A stretch of 64,000 nt of DNA from Coniocarpon cinnabarinum. Its lineage: Eukaryota. The translations under genes and the position numbers were made by a program. Positions 36,101 to 49,102 of the stretch are shown here, one piece after another. The stretch lies in the NCBI GenBank assembly GCA_051942205.1, contig JAVECO010000027.1, positions 1-64,000 on the forward strand, read 5' to 3'. Within the stretch, counting starts at the first letter, position 1. The number at the start of each line of letters is the position of its first letter. The notes under the pieces were generated by a model. That model worked only from the letters and a program-made list of their open reading frames with translations. It was not told where the DNA came from and did no database searches.

Positions 36101-38033
36101 TCAGTCTCTTGGTACTATGAAACGAGAGAACAGGAGTCTGCAAAACCAAGTCAACGGTTACGAAGGGCAGATCGAATGGTGGCGAAGCAAGAACCAAGAA
36201 CTGGAGCGCAACCGAAACGAACTACAAGCCGAAGCCAACCGAGCTGGTCAAGTTGCAGCAGAATTGAGCGTCAACCAAGCAAGATTCCAAGAACTGCAAC
36301 AAAAGCATCACGACGTTCAAAAGCGATACAATGACCTCTCGACTGAAGCCACTCAGTTACGCAAAGCACTCGAAGAGAGGGGTCTCGAAGTGGAACAGCA
36401 CAAGAAGGTCAATCATTCACACGAGACCGAGAAGCTATCGCTGCGACAACAGTTGAACGATCTCCAAGATCAACTGGAGCTCGCCAAGCGGTCCGTGCCC
36501 GTGAACGGAGAGCTCACGAACGGCGCTGCCAGTCAACCCATCTCCACTGGTCTCATAAACCTTGTCTCTTCAAAGCGGCCGAAGCGAAGAAGTCTCGGGC
36601 TTGAGCCGATCAATACCAACATGGAGCCGTTCAATTCTGCGTATCACCCACGGCCTGTCTCAATGGCGATCCCCAATTCCAATGTGAACAACGCACACTT
36701 GTCTGGCGCCACACTCAGCCCTGGCTTCGGTGATCGTAGCATCGAAGCGGAGCTTGAGGATCTTCTCGCTGAGGAGAACGTACTCAACGACGAAGTGACT
36801 CAAGGCCTAATCAGAAATCTCAAGATACCCAGCCCCAACAACAACCCTCCTCCCACGGAAAAAGAAGTCCTCTTCCCAGCATACCTCATCAATCTTGTCA
36901 CCTCTGAAATGTGGAACAACGGCTTCGTGAAGGAGTCTGAGAAGTTCCTTGCCAACGTCATGCAATCGATACAACAAGAAGTCGTCCAGTATGAAGGTGA
37001 AGACGCCATCGATCCGGGCGCTTTCTGGTTGTCAAATGTGCATGAGATGCTCTCCTTTGTCTTCCTCGCTGAAGATTGGTACGAGACGCAAAAGACCGAC
37101 AACTTCGAATACGACCGCCTATTAGAAATAGTCAAGCACGACCTGGAGAGCCTCGAATTTAACATCTATCACACATGGATGAAGGTTCTTAAGAAGAAGC
37201 TCGCCAAGATGATTGTACCTGCCATCATCGAATCCCAGTCGTTACCAGGCTTCGTTACCAACGAAAGCAATAGGTTCCTGGGCAAACTTCTTCAAGGCAG
37301 CAATCAACCAGCCTACAGCATGGATCAACTACTGAGCTTACTGAACAGCGTCTTCCGCGCAATGAAAGCTTACTTCCTTGAAGACTCCATCATCACCCAG
37401 AGCGTCACAGAGCTTCTCAGACTGGTAGGTGTGACGGCTTTCAACGATCTGCTGATGCGACGAAATTTTCTCTCCTGGAAGCGAGGTCTGCAAATCAACT
37501 ACAATATTACGCGTATTGAGGAATGGTGCAAGAGTCACGATATGCCTGAAGGCACACTTCAGCTCGAGCATCTGATGCAGGCGACCAAGTTGCTACAGCT
37601 AAAGAAGGCGACTCTGAACGACATTGAAATCATTCAAGATATCTGCTGGATGCTGTCACCCAATCAAATACAGAAGTTGCTTAATCAGTACCTTGTTGCT
37701 GATTACGAGCAGCCAATCAATGGCGAGATCATGAAAGCCGTCGCCTCGAGGGTTACCGAGAAGAGCGATACATTGCTGCTAAATGCGGTGGACATTGACG
37801 ACAGCGGACCTTATGAGATCGCCGAACCGAGGGTCATTACTGCTTTGGAGACGTATACCCCGTCGTGGCTCCAAACACCACGGCTAAAGAGACTAGCTGA
37901 GATCGTCTCAGCCCAAGCTATCCAGCAGCAAGAAAAGTTGGACAACGACGCAGTGGCAGTCGACGGCGAGCCATATACGAACGGTCATCTGCCATCCATG
38001 CCAGAGGGCGCGGAGCCTCCACTTGCGGCTTGA
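33145..38033 (+). CDS. MYO2: Class V myosin
   Basis: MSLYDIGTRAW.., GESGAGKT, NDNSSRFGK, IQ motifs, coiled coil and DIL cargo domain; two 5' introns. Confidence 0.97.
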
Positions 38034-38593
38034 ACGATGGTTTAGGCTATAAGCCGCACTCTTTGTCCCCTTCACCACAGCATTCGCTACCCACCCACGC
38101 TACGATGAGACGATCGACTCAAAAGCACCCTCTGCCCTTTATTTGTTTGAGCTATGAAGCGCCGGTCGTCTTCATACACTGCAGCTACATCACGAAGTCA
38201 CTCGATTGATACTCCTGTACAGACTTGGATGCACGGCGTTGACGATCGCTCTTGCGGGCAGGCATACCACAGGTTTGCCCGATTAATTGACGGAATTCTC
38301 CAAAGACGAGGTGGAGGATTGTTTTGATAGCGGGAGCCTGTTGGCTCTACTGAGCTCATGTACTATTTTGAGGATGAGAATCTAGATCTGCTTCTTGAGA
38401 CGTATCATACCCGGTGTGACAGAGCTTCACGTGCTTCCTGATGTCCGTCGTCGCAGAGACAAGCAAGAAATACGTTGACCCTGCCGGCTGCTACCAAGTA
38501 TGGTCAAGACATAACCGCATTTAGTAAATATTCGTTCATTCTCCTTTCCTTAGACGCCCATGAATATTTCCAGCGTAATCAACGTCACCTTCA

Positions 38594-40881
38594 ATGACCA
38601 TACGGCGCAGTATTCCGCGAGCCACGCGCATCAGTGTTCTCACAGTCAGAAGTCGGTCCAGACTATCAGTGCGACCGCCATATCGATCTGGATGCAGGCC
38701 CCTCTCTACAAGCGCATCACCCTCAGCGTCTCAGACCGCATCGTCCACCAGCAGTTTTTTAGCTCCGTTTGGCGCATTGACGCAGGATCTTGATAAGATT
38801 GCACCATGTTTCGCGATTCGCGCGGATCAGGTGCAGATTTTGAAGGAGCCGAGGGAGTTTTATGAGGTGTTGAAAAGGTCAGTATTAGCCCCTTTTTCAT
38901 TACCTTGCGACAGGACCGAAAAAAAAAGATAGGTTCGAGATTGGAGGAGAAATTTCGCACAAGTCTTCGAAGGGATCCTTCGAAGGGATCCGCAAAATTA
39001 GGCTTCGGACTCGACAAAAAGCAAAAACGTACGCAAGGGAGTATTCCCGCGTCGTCACCGACCGCAGTACTAGTCCCCCGGTTACCTGCTTAAGTACGCG
39101 AGAGCGGACGGGATCGCCTGCTTTCAGGCACCTATGTGCGTACGTGACAACAATGCTCAAATTAAAACATATAATGGCTTTCATTTGGACTCTGTTCTCA
39201 GCGCAGAAACTGATGGTTATGGACTTTGCAGCAAAATACTCGGGGCCAAGAAGCGCGTCTTCATTTCCACACTATACGTTGGAAAGACCGAGCAAGAGCT
39301 GGTCAGTGAAACCTGTCCCCCATCTCACTTGGGCAATGTTTCCAGTCTAACAAGAAGACAAGATCGAAACTCTTCGCACTGCGCTTCGTCAGTCTCCCAA
39401 TCTTCAAGTATCTATCCTGACAGACTGCCTGCGCGGAACAAGAGAATCACCAAATACATCATGTGCTTCTATACTCTCGCAGCTAGCTGCGGAGTTTGGC
39501 GATCGCGTAGAGATTCGCATGTTTCATACACCCAACCTGGCTGGGTTTCGGAAGGCTGTATTACCTAAACGCATCAATGAGGGGTGGGGATTGCAGCATA
39601 TGAAATTAAATGGATTCGATGACGAGGTCATGCTGAGTGGGTAAGTACCTGGTCACTTATCAGACTTGCAAGCGCTTTGAGCATTTGTCAACGGCAAGCG
39701 TGGCTTTGTAATGAAGACTGACCGTCAACCAAAGGGCAAACCTCTCGAACGATTACTTCACCAACCGTCAGGACCGTTACCATCTCTTCAGCTCTTCAGA
39801 CGTGACGAGATTCTACGAGCGGATACACGACACAGTTTGCAACATCAGTTTCAAGCTCTTACCCTCGCCATCGAAACCAACAGATTTCTCACTGGAGTAT
39901 CCCAGCAGCAACACCGGACCATCACCACTCGAAGAGCCGAAAACATACATTGAAACAGCCACCAGGCTCCTTGCGCCACTGATTCGGCCTTCTTCAGGAC
40001 GGACCAGCGCGCAACTATCATCCGTTCCGCACGACAAAAGTCCTCAATCAAACACCCTCATCTATCCCATCCTGCAATTCACGCCACTTTTTTCGTATAC
40101 ACACACCTCAGACACCGACTCTACCGAATTACCAGCTCTCACACTCCTCCTCAAATCACTCACATTTCCGCCGTTCAAACCCGCGCAATGGACCTTCACA
40201 GCCGGGTACTTCAACATGACACCCACAACACGAGACCTACTCCTCTCTTCCCTCACTCAACCATCATCACCTTCTGCTCAATCCACGGACTCGACTCCAC
40301 AGCCCCGCGGCACGATCATAACGGCTCATCCCCACGCTAATGGCTTTTTCGGCTCCAAAGGCGTCAGTGGCATGCTTCCACCTGCGTATACACTTATGTC
40401 CAAACGCTTTCTAGACGTTGTTTTCAAAACAGGTCTCCAAGATCGATTGGGTCTTTATGAGTGGAAACGGGGGTCTTTTGGGGAGCAAGATCGCTGGACT
40501 TATCACGCCAAAGGTCTTTGGATTACTCTTCCTGCTAGCAATCAACCCACCGCCGCTGGTCAAGCACCGTCAGCAGGTCCTTCGCAACAGAGTGGGTCAA
40601 AGACGCAGACGTCAAAAGGCGAGGCAGCGGGACCGTGTGTCACTATCGTGGGAAGTAGCAATTACACCAAAAGGAGTCATACTCTCGATCTAGAAGCAAA
40701 TGCACTTATTCTGACAACGGATTTAGATTTACAGAGACGACTGAAGGAGGAGGAACAGTATTTAATGCAGCATGCGGGGAGGCCGATTGGGATGCAGGAG
40801 TTTGAGAAGGAGGAGCGGAAGGTGGGATGGGGTGTTAGAGTCGCTTTGTGGATTACTAATTTGATTGGCGGTGCGTTGTAA
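38594..40881 (+). CDS. PGS1: CDP-diacylglycerol--glycerol-3-phosphate 3-phosphatidyltransferase (4 exons)
   Basis: RVFISTLYVG, TDCLRGTR, NEGWGLQHMK, LSGANLSNDYFTNRQDRY, WTYHAKGLW and VGSSNYTKRS motifs. Confidence 0.93.
39027..39145 (-). rRNA. 5S rRNA gene (119 nt), antisense within PGS1 intron 1
   Basis: ACGTACGCACATAGG..GAAAGCAGG..TCCCGTCCGCTC..GTACTTAAGC..TAGTAC..GGTGAC..GGGAATAC..TTGCGTACGT follows the fungal 5S layout. It has a terminal helix and oligo-T Pol III terminators directly downstream. Confidence 0.92.
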
Positions 40882-41170
40882 GATCTTGTACGATAGGATA
40901 GAAAGAACTCTGTGCTTCAGAGTTCCGTAACTAACTACATGCTTCTTAATGCCTCTTTTTTCATCCTCCTCGATTCCTCTCACCCCTCTTGCATCTATCC
41001 CTCTCCTCTTGGCGCCAAGCCCCACATCTCCGCCATTAGACATAACCTCATACTTCAAACGAACACGCCCTCTCATTTCCAAACAGTCTTTTACACCTCT
41101 TAATTCCAAACTCCCGCCGCACAACCGCCATAGCTTTGATTTCAAGCCACATTGAGCAACAAAGTCAAGA

Positions 41171-42666
41171 ATGGCAACGACAGTACCGAAAACCATAAAT
41201 TTCATAACAACAAATAAACACAAGTTGGCGGAAGTGCAACAGATTCTCGCACCGGGTCTTGAGAAACAGGGGATTGAACTGACGAGTCAGGCTGTTGAGG
41301 TTGTGGAAGTGCAGGGGAGTTTGGAGGAGGTGACGAGGGCGAAGGTGGGATCGGCTGCTGAGAAGGTGTGCTTCTTTTCTTTTCTTCTTGTGCAGTTCTC
41401 CGGTTTTTCGTCTAGAGGGGTGAGAGAGAGTCGGGAGAGAAAAGCAGCATTGCGAAGGGGCTTGAAACTGGTTGAAGATGGAGTGGTTGAAGATGGGCTG
41501 GTTGAAGATGGGATGAATATTGTCGGGTGGGAGGTTGATGTTAGGGATTGAATTTGGGTTGGGGTTCGGACGGTTGAAAGGGCAACAGACGTGAAGAAGC
41601 GTTGGAGTTTGCGGTGAAGATTGCGGTGACACAGACAAGGAAAGGAGGCGGGTTGGGATGCGATGTTGAAGTGATGGAGAGGGAGGGTGGCCTTGCGGTT
41701 GCGGGACAAGAGAGTTTTCAGAGCGTGCTTGAAACGAAGATGCCGGTCCAGGAGCTTTGAAAAAGCTCTCGCTTTCAACGACAAGAGCGGGTAGCATTGT
41801 GTGAAAGTTTTCACTGCGCTATACGACTCGCTAGAAGAGTATCGCTTATAGACGCATGGAGCAAGCTTGTCCGTGTGATCTATAGAATAGTACGATGCGG
41901 GATGGATATCAGGTCGAGAACAGAAGTAGGGGAAAGGGTAGCACGTTGGGCTCAAGGGCGAGGATGCGGCGTGAGGCCAACACCCAGCTATCGACAAGTT
42001 GATGGAATTTCAGAGAGTTGCAATATCCATTGGCTTTCAACAGCTGACAAGTATATTCATAGGTGAACGGACCAGTCCTAGTTGAGGACACGGCACTGGT
42101 ATTCAACGCATTCGGAGGCGAACTGCCGGGACCCTACATGTACGTACAAAGACAACACCGAGCCCAGTATCGGAATCCTAGGAAACAGCAACGTCTAAGC
42201 TCCTGCATCATCCACCCCTTAAAGCCTCCTTTGGTCCAATTCGACAATCCAACACTCTCAACTTACACATCCCATCCCGCGCCCATCCATACTTTCTTTA
42301 TCCCTCCGCATCTGCACCTACATCCTTGCAAATCCTTCCCACTAACAAAAAAGCAAACACTTCATAACCGCCCTCGGCGTAACTCAACTGCACCTCCTCC
42401 TCTCCGGATTCAAAGACAAAACCGCAACAGCCATCTGCACCTTCGCCTACACGGCTGATCCCGGCAAAGAAATCCTCCTCTTCCAAGGCCGCACCGAAGG
42501 GCGAATCGTGCCGGCGCGGGGACCGACGGACTTTGGGTGGGATGCTGCTTTTGAATTTGAGGGACGGACATATGCGGAGATGAGTAAGGGGGATAAGAAT
42601 AGGGTTAGTCATCGGGGGAGGGCTCTTGGGAAGTTGAGAGCTTGGTTGGAGGGGGTGGAGTCGTGA
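41171..42666 (+). CDS. HAM1: Inosine triphosphate pyrophosphatase (3 exons)
   Basis: [31 protein letters not shown] and [11 protein letters not shown] motifs; introns 41366-42062 and 42139-42353. Confidence 0.93.
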
Positions 42667-43392
42667 GATTGATTTGCTGGGGAGAGGTGGGGAAGAGGAC
42701 GAAAGGGGGATTAGAGTCGTTGTTGGGTCTGAGTTCAGTTTGTCCGAATCAGTGGAAGGGATTTTGAGCATTTTTAGGTGGTGTTGAATCGTAGGCATAT
42801 ATCGAAGGACTGTCGGGCTTGAGTCGACTCTTCAAGGGTAGAGATTCTTCCGAGTTGATGAAGGGTCACGACGGTGATCATGATTGTCAACTTGCTCAGT
42901 GCTGCGGAAACGATGGAGTCCGAGAGACGCGGACTTGGTAGCGACGTGAGCAACTATCAGTCAACCTTGACTTCATCATCTCGTCCCTCGTCCTTCTAGC
43001 CCCTTAAACAAGCCAATCCACTCACTCACTCAACAACGCTTTCCCGCATCCCATCTTTATTCCCCTGATGGTCATGAGAAGTGGGAACTGGTTGGACTGA
43101 ACTTCAGGTTTGGGGCCGTTGATTATTTCGAGCGGTGTCGACTGCTTTCGGAGGGGTTTGATGAGCTGGGAGGTGCTTCCACTAGGCTCGGAGTCCTGGT
43201 TTTGCGAAGACTGCATGATGTCCTGAATACCTCGCTTTTCTCTTTGTTAATTCTTCCGATTTGACGAATGAATAAGATAGCGATGCCGGTTATCAGCCAA
43301 CTTTCCAGTACCCACTACCCACCGCTCGAATCTCATTATTGAAGGTCTCCGACTTTCTCAGGAAGAAAAAATAACCGCCAACAGCCATGTCC

Positions 43393-44397
43393 TCATCCAT
43401 CTTGTCCCTTATCCTTTTCCCCTTCCAATATCCATTCCCTCACCCATTTGACAACCCTCTCCACCGCTTTCGCTCTATCCCCCTGCTCATCCCCATGCAC
43501 CTCCCAACACCCCACCCTCCGCTCAAAAGCCTCTAAATTCTCCTCCCACACACACCCCATAATCTCCGCATCCATGTTCTCCCCCACCTTAGCCTTCCTG
43601 TATTCCCTCGCAACTAATCGATCATACAATATCGACGTCTCGCGGACCCGCACTGTTAGTACTAGATCTATTGGGCCTCCCGGCGCGGGCTCAAACATGT
43701 CCGCGTGGATCCAGTCGATGATCTGTCCCCCCTTTGTTATCAATCCCGGGGAAAGATGGGCGGCGAGGCCTTCCTCATCGATGATCCAGGATTGGCGATC
43801 TTCATCGAAAGATTCGCGGAAAGGTTGAGAAGCTTCGGTGTTTGCGAAGTCGAGGTAGGTAAAAGGGAGATTGACGTCATTTAAGGCTTTGACGAGGGTT
43901 TGGGCGAGGGTCGTTTTCCCTGTGCCCGGGGTGCCAGATATGGCTATGTTGGGGAGAGGGCGAGTGATGCCGTCTCGAGCAACAGAACCAGCACTTAAAC
44001 TGTCGGTGTTTGCGTTATCCGGAGAGGTAACGTTTGACCCGTCACCTGCGGGGTTCTCTATCTTGGGCTGCACAGACACGTCCGTGCCACCGTTACCATC
44101 ACCTCTGGCATCCGCCATACCAGCAGCTTTCGCCTTCTTATTCTTTGCCCTAGCAAGCCGTTGCCGCCAGCGAGGGCGATAACGCTTTCTCCGAACGACA
44201 TTCTGTTTGAGAGTGCCAACAGCTGAGCTTTTCGGCCTGTCTTCCTTAATAATCAATGGAGAAGGTGGCTTAGCAATCGCTTTAGCGGCGACAGCTTTTC
44301 GTGCTCTTCTTTGGGAGTCCTTTCGAACCCTTCTTCTCTTTTTGCGAGCAGCGGCGGGACTGGGTGAGGTGGGAGAAGTATGTGAGGTAACGGCCAT
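43393..44397 (-). CDS. FAP7: Adenylate kinase 6 / Fap7-like NTPase with a basic N-terminal extension
   Basis: PNIAISGTPGTGKTT, IIDWIH, LYDRLVAREY..KVGENMDAEI motifs. Confidence 0.8.
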   Translation of the reverse strand: MAVTSHTSPTSPSPAAARKKRRRVRKDSQRRARKAVAAKAIAKPPSPLIIKEDRPKSSAVGTLKQNVVRRKRYRPRWRQRLARAKNKKAKAAGMADARGDGNGGTDVSVQPKIENPAGDGSNVTSPDNANTDSLSAGSVARDGITRPLPNIAISGTPGTGKTTLAQTLVKALNDVNLPFTYLDFANTEASQPFRESFDEDRQSWIIDEEGLAAHLSPGLITKGGQIIDWIHADMFEPAPGGPIDLVLTVRVRETSILYDRLVAREYRKAKVGENMDAEIMGCVWEENLEAFERRVGCWEVHGDEQGDRAKAVERVVKWVREWILEGEKDKGQDG

Positions 44398-45299
44398 GGA
44401 GTTGCAACTCCGCGCTTCACAGGCCTAAATTTGTCCTGTATAGATATGGAAGTAAGAAAAGAGGAGCAATATATAGATGGTCAGGATTTCAAAGAAAGTC
44501 ACGTGACTATCGGGAAGCCCTGCGGTGTTACGATTCTATGAATTGCTCCTGCACTTGGCTGGGCTGGATTCACGCTTTCGAACAGCAATTTTCGATGGGA
44601 AGCAATATCCCCCCAGAAGAGCACAGTGCACACTCCAATAGATGCTCTAAATTGTATGAATACATCTAGAGACTGTATACCTGGGGCCCCTCCTATAGGA
44701 CTAACGTTTGTCTATAATGTCTTAACACCACACTTGAAGCTTTCAGTATCCCTTGTATAGCCCATAAGCGAAAGTCAAGAGCCGCCTCTTTGCAAACCTT
44801 CTCATACCTTCTTTGAGAAATTCGTTCGGATCTTTGTATTAATATTTTCGTGGTGGATACTCCTGCGTTTGTCCCTAGCTCTACGAAGGGCGGGAAAATC
44901 CCTCCGCTCGATGTCCTCTGTGTAGTGTCTGTCCACCTGGTTGGCACGAGCTCCTGTGAATTATGTGTTAAACATGGCTGAGGATTCATTCTCCTTATTT
45001 GACAGGGAACTATAAGAGAAGAGCCCTTGGAGTCGCCTGGCTTCGTCTGGGTTACAGAAGCCTTGGATAGTTTGAGACTTCCTTCAGGGGCATCCTTCAC
45101 AAGACTGTACTTGATCTCCGGTGTTTTTTTGGCTTGTGAGAGATGTTGCCACCGGAGAGAGCTTCCTCTCAGCTGAAGCCGGGAGCGGGAGAGCAATTCC
45201 TTCGCCGGAATTGCCAGCACGGCTGGTTCAAGAGCAGGGATTTCGCGCGCCCATTGTGGGGGAATGTCGCTTTCCAAATTCCTCTTCTTCCATATGTAT

Positions 45300-46500
45300 G
45301 TGCTTCCGCTTAAATCCTGACGGACCTCTTCGGCTTCAAGAGCCGTTGACACTTGCTGCCATGAAGCTTTAAGACAAGCCTTTTGACACCATCGTAAGTA
45401 GTCCCTCGTTGCCATTGTGACCTTAAAAAGTGATGCCATGCTCCTCGCATTCGATTTGCTCTGTCTCTATTTCCTCAAAGCAAACCATGGCTTGCAATTG
45501 AGAGTTTCAGGTCCTCTAGAGACAGGAATAATGTCCAGTACTGATCAGTGTTTATGCCACAAGCGGTCCCACGCGCCTCCGCAGTATCGTCGGAAAACGC
45601 AGAAGCATTAGTCTCTTGCATTGAGGCCAATCTAAACGAACACTTTCCGACGCAACATGTCAGTCAAGTTCGCACCGCTCGATCGCATGGTCCGCGAAAG
45701 GGCTGTGATTCTGATGGCCTTGACCTGCTCGAGACATCCTGAGAATGTATGCATAGGATGATAACGCTCACAGACCCTGTTCTGGAGAAAGCTATGCCGA
45801 CAATCGTCTTCTCGGGCATGATGATTCCTACGGCTCAGTGGACGGGAACGCTCAGAAACTTAGTCTGAGGTGGCCATAATAGCAGTCGACCTCATGCGCA
45901 TAGCCCTCCCCGTGGCTGGATGATCAACTATCATGCCGTCCAGATTGGCAGTTCGAGCAAGTGCGTCGCTTGGCGTATCCTCGACTTTTCGAAACTTGCA
46001 TGGCGTGCCGTGATCGTCGTCACTTGTTCTCTTGGTCCTGTGTGGCTGTTCTTGCTCAACGCTCAGCTCCTCAAAGCGCCTGGTCTCCTGGACTATTGCT
46101 TCTTGGTGAATTTTGAAGTCGAGGTCGAGCCTCTCGTATTTGTAGCGTGGGCTGGAGAACACACCTTGTATAGGCACAGTGCCGAGAATACTGGAAGCAG
46201 GGACCATAAGAGACGTTGTAGCAGGAGCTTACACGACCTGTTCGAGGGCCTTGTCGAAAAAGTGAAGTGTGACACCATGCTCATAGCGTTCAAGTCGCTC
46301 CGTCTCTCTTGCCTAGCACCTCATCACTGTTTGTAATTGAGAGCTTTTTGTCCTCCAGGGACAGGAATTGAGTCCAGTGCTGGCCAGTGTCTACCCCGCA
46401 AACAGTCACACGCGCCTGTGTCGTCTGAGAACGCGGAAGCTTTAGTCCCCAGTAAAAAGGCGTCCCAAGCAAACACCTTCGGATCTGTCTGTGGAGCGAT
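45300..46500 (-). pseudogene. Degenerate tandem duplication of the 3' end and flank of the orphan gene
   Basis: About 45430-45610 resembles about 46270-46445. The remnant ORF 45860-46207 (RTKRTSDDDHGTPCKFRKV) echoes RPKRKRDDDYDEPYKVRRI. Multiple stops. Confidence 0.5.
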
Positions 46501-46513
46501 GTGTCTTTCGAGC

Positions 46514-49102
46514 TTAACACAGCTCCATGTCATCGCCCGAGCCCTCCTCGACGTCCACAGTGCTCTCCGCCATCATCACGTCTTCTGAAGCAAGCGCGTC
46601 GCCCAAGGCGTCCTTGGGTATCACAGTGCTGCTTTGCCAGGACCTTTTGCAGCGTCCTAGATTTCTGAGCCGTACATGCTCACGGATTTGTTTCCTCGAC
46701 GCCTTCGTGTGTCTATAGGGGGTGTACTTCTCGGCCACCGTGGCGTTAAAATGCCCTTTAATCCGGCGCACCTTGTATGGCTCATCGTAATCATCGTCAC
46801 GTTTTCTCTTGGGCCTTGGTGCGAAGGGGAAGTTTGCTGCGGGGATTGGCGCTGGAACTGATGCTATTGCTGGTACCGTTATTGGCACTGATGGTGGGGC
46901 TGGAGTCGAGACTGGACCTGTGAGTGGACCTGTCACTGGAGCGGGGACCGTCGTTGATGTTGCTGTTGGCACGACCGCTGGTCCTGCTTCGAGGGATGAT
47001 TGTGACGCGGAGGATGTGGCAGGGATAATCACAGGCGATGTAGCAGAAGCTTGCTTCTCCGGTCCTTTGTCAGGGCCGGTGGGATTCTGTTGATCTGGTG
47101 CTGCTCCCTGTTTTAAGCCACGGCCGCCTTCAATTTGCGATGACGGCCACGTTGGAAGCTCCGATGGTAGCAACGACCCTTGATTCGGCTCTTGGTTAAT
47201 ATCGATGCCATGAAGTCCATCTTTCTTAGAGTATCTGACATGGCGGGACTTCTCTGCAAGCGGCGAAACCTCGTGGACTTCACCTTCGTGTCCAGGGAGA
47301 AGCTTGCTGCGCGCTTGTGGCTCATGATGATCTCGATCACTCTCCATAACATCCCAGACTTGCTCTTCATGAGAGATTTCCCGAGCTTTACCCTTAGGTT
47401 GAACGAGGGGCGTATCATCACTGGTGTCTTCCTGTCTAGGATCTCGAGCTTGCGTGTCATCACCTTCGGCAGAACCGAGCTCCTCCTGTTTCTGCTCCCA
47501 AGACCGTGAGCTGAGCTGTCCCTGATGATGCGGACGATGCAAAATCAGGGGATCGATAATGCTGTCGCTCCGTGATCTGTTCAAGACAGATTCGCTCGAG
47601 GGAGAACAAACCTTGGTGAGCACCTCATCTTGAGTTTCATTCCCCACCGCAGAAACAAGGTCCTCATTCCCTGGGTATCTTGGCGGTGGACCCAGCTGTC
47701 CCTGATGATGAAAGATCAGGGGAACGGGAACGCTGTCGCTTCGTGATCTGTTCAAGACAGATTCATGCTCGGAAGAACAGTCCTTGGCCAGTTGCGGGTG
47801 GGGAGTTGCTGCATCTTCAAGATGCTCCGTCACTATTGGTGAAGTCCCTAAAGCGGCCTCACTGCTGCAACCATTCTCTTCCTCATCATCAGCAGCATCC
47901 AGATCAGGCTGTTGAGCGCGCCTGGGGTAGCGCTCTTCCCGGAACGGTGAACCCACGATCAAAGCTGGGAAATCCTCACATGACCTGCGATCCGGTCTCT
48001 CTGTGGGGAGGAGATTGCTCAAATTGACTCGCCGCCATTCGCTTGCAACCGCCACAGACTGAGACTGTCCGCTACTGATCCGAGCTTGGATCTCGAAGAC
48101 TTGTTGTGCTCGCACAGAGAGCTGAGCGGGAGCTGGTCGATGCTCTTGGAGCTGACCATCCTCTGGTGTCGGAGTCCGCGAACTTCAAACGATGTTGTTC
48201 TGCCTGCGGCAACGTACATCCTGTTGATCCGGCTCAATATCCGAATCACGACGTCGCGCCAAATCGAGCTGATTGGAAGCAGATCCAGCATCCCTGGGTT
48301 TTGAGGTGCGATCAGGGACTGCAGCGTTTCTCAGGTGAACCACTTCCTCTCTGTTCGAGTCTGGCCCGTGTGTAGATGAGTCACTGGGGTCGTCGTCAAA
48401 AGCCTCTGAAGGGCAAGTCGCAGAAACAGTTGCCCCTGCTCGCGGACGAATTGCATCGCTGGTTGAAGATCCTGAATAATCGGCGTTTGAAGCGAAACTG
48501 AAGCTTGCCGAGATAGTCGTTGACGAATTCCTATCTTTTCTGTTATCTCTACCCCGGATTCCTGTCTCTGCGATGTTTCTCGTGGAGGCAAAACCTGAAG
48601 GAGCTGTTGTTGAAGCAGCGTATGATTGTTGAGTCAGATTCAGGGTCTTGAAGGCCTCTTTAACTAAGAGCTCTGCGGTGTGCTGTGGCGTCGGTTGTGA
48701 CGATAGGATTCGGTCGATCGTTTGTATGGTAAGATCAGTGCGGTGAAGTTGATCCGCCATGCGTCTGACTTCCACCTCAAGGCTGGCCAAGTTCTGGACA
48801 AGACGATCATAAGTTGTATTCTCGATTCCAGGGCCGGGGAACGCTCCAGGCTTCCCAGTGTCCATTTGCTGGTTGTCTTGGCTCCGCCACTTTGTAAATG
48901 AACAAAGTTCCTGAAAACCGTTCCAGATCCATTCGATGACAAGATGTAGCCATCCAATGATAGCAAACTTAATAGTGCCAAAGCCAATCCATTTCGAGGA
49001 TCCTACAGAGGCGGTGGTTGTGGAATGGTTTGACGGGAGGTTCCCCTTGGCTGTGAAGGTCTCAGTCAATCGCGGAAATGTAAGCGATAACATGAGACTC
49101 AC
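46514..49102 (-). CDS. Large low-complexity orphan protein (two ORFs in one frame)
   Basis: ORFs 48185-49102 and 46514-48115 share a frame and are separated by one TGA that may lie in a 66-nt GTACGT..CAG intron. The sequence SESVLNRSRSDS is repeated internally. Start uncertain. Confidence 0.5.

Noticed and set aside
41165..41997. Long minus-strand ORFs opposite HAM1
   Set aside because: A by-product of the purine-rich intron; low complexity with no homology signal.
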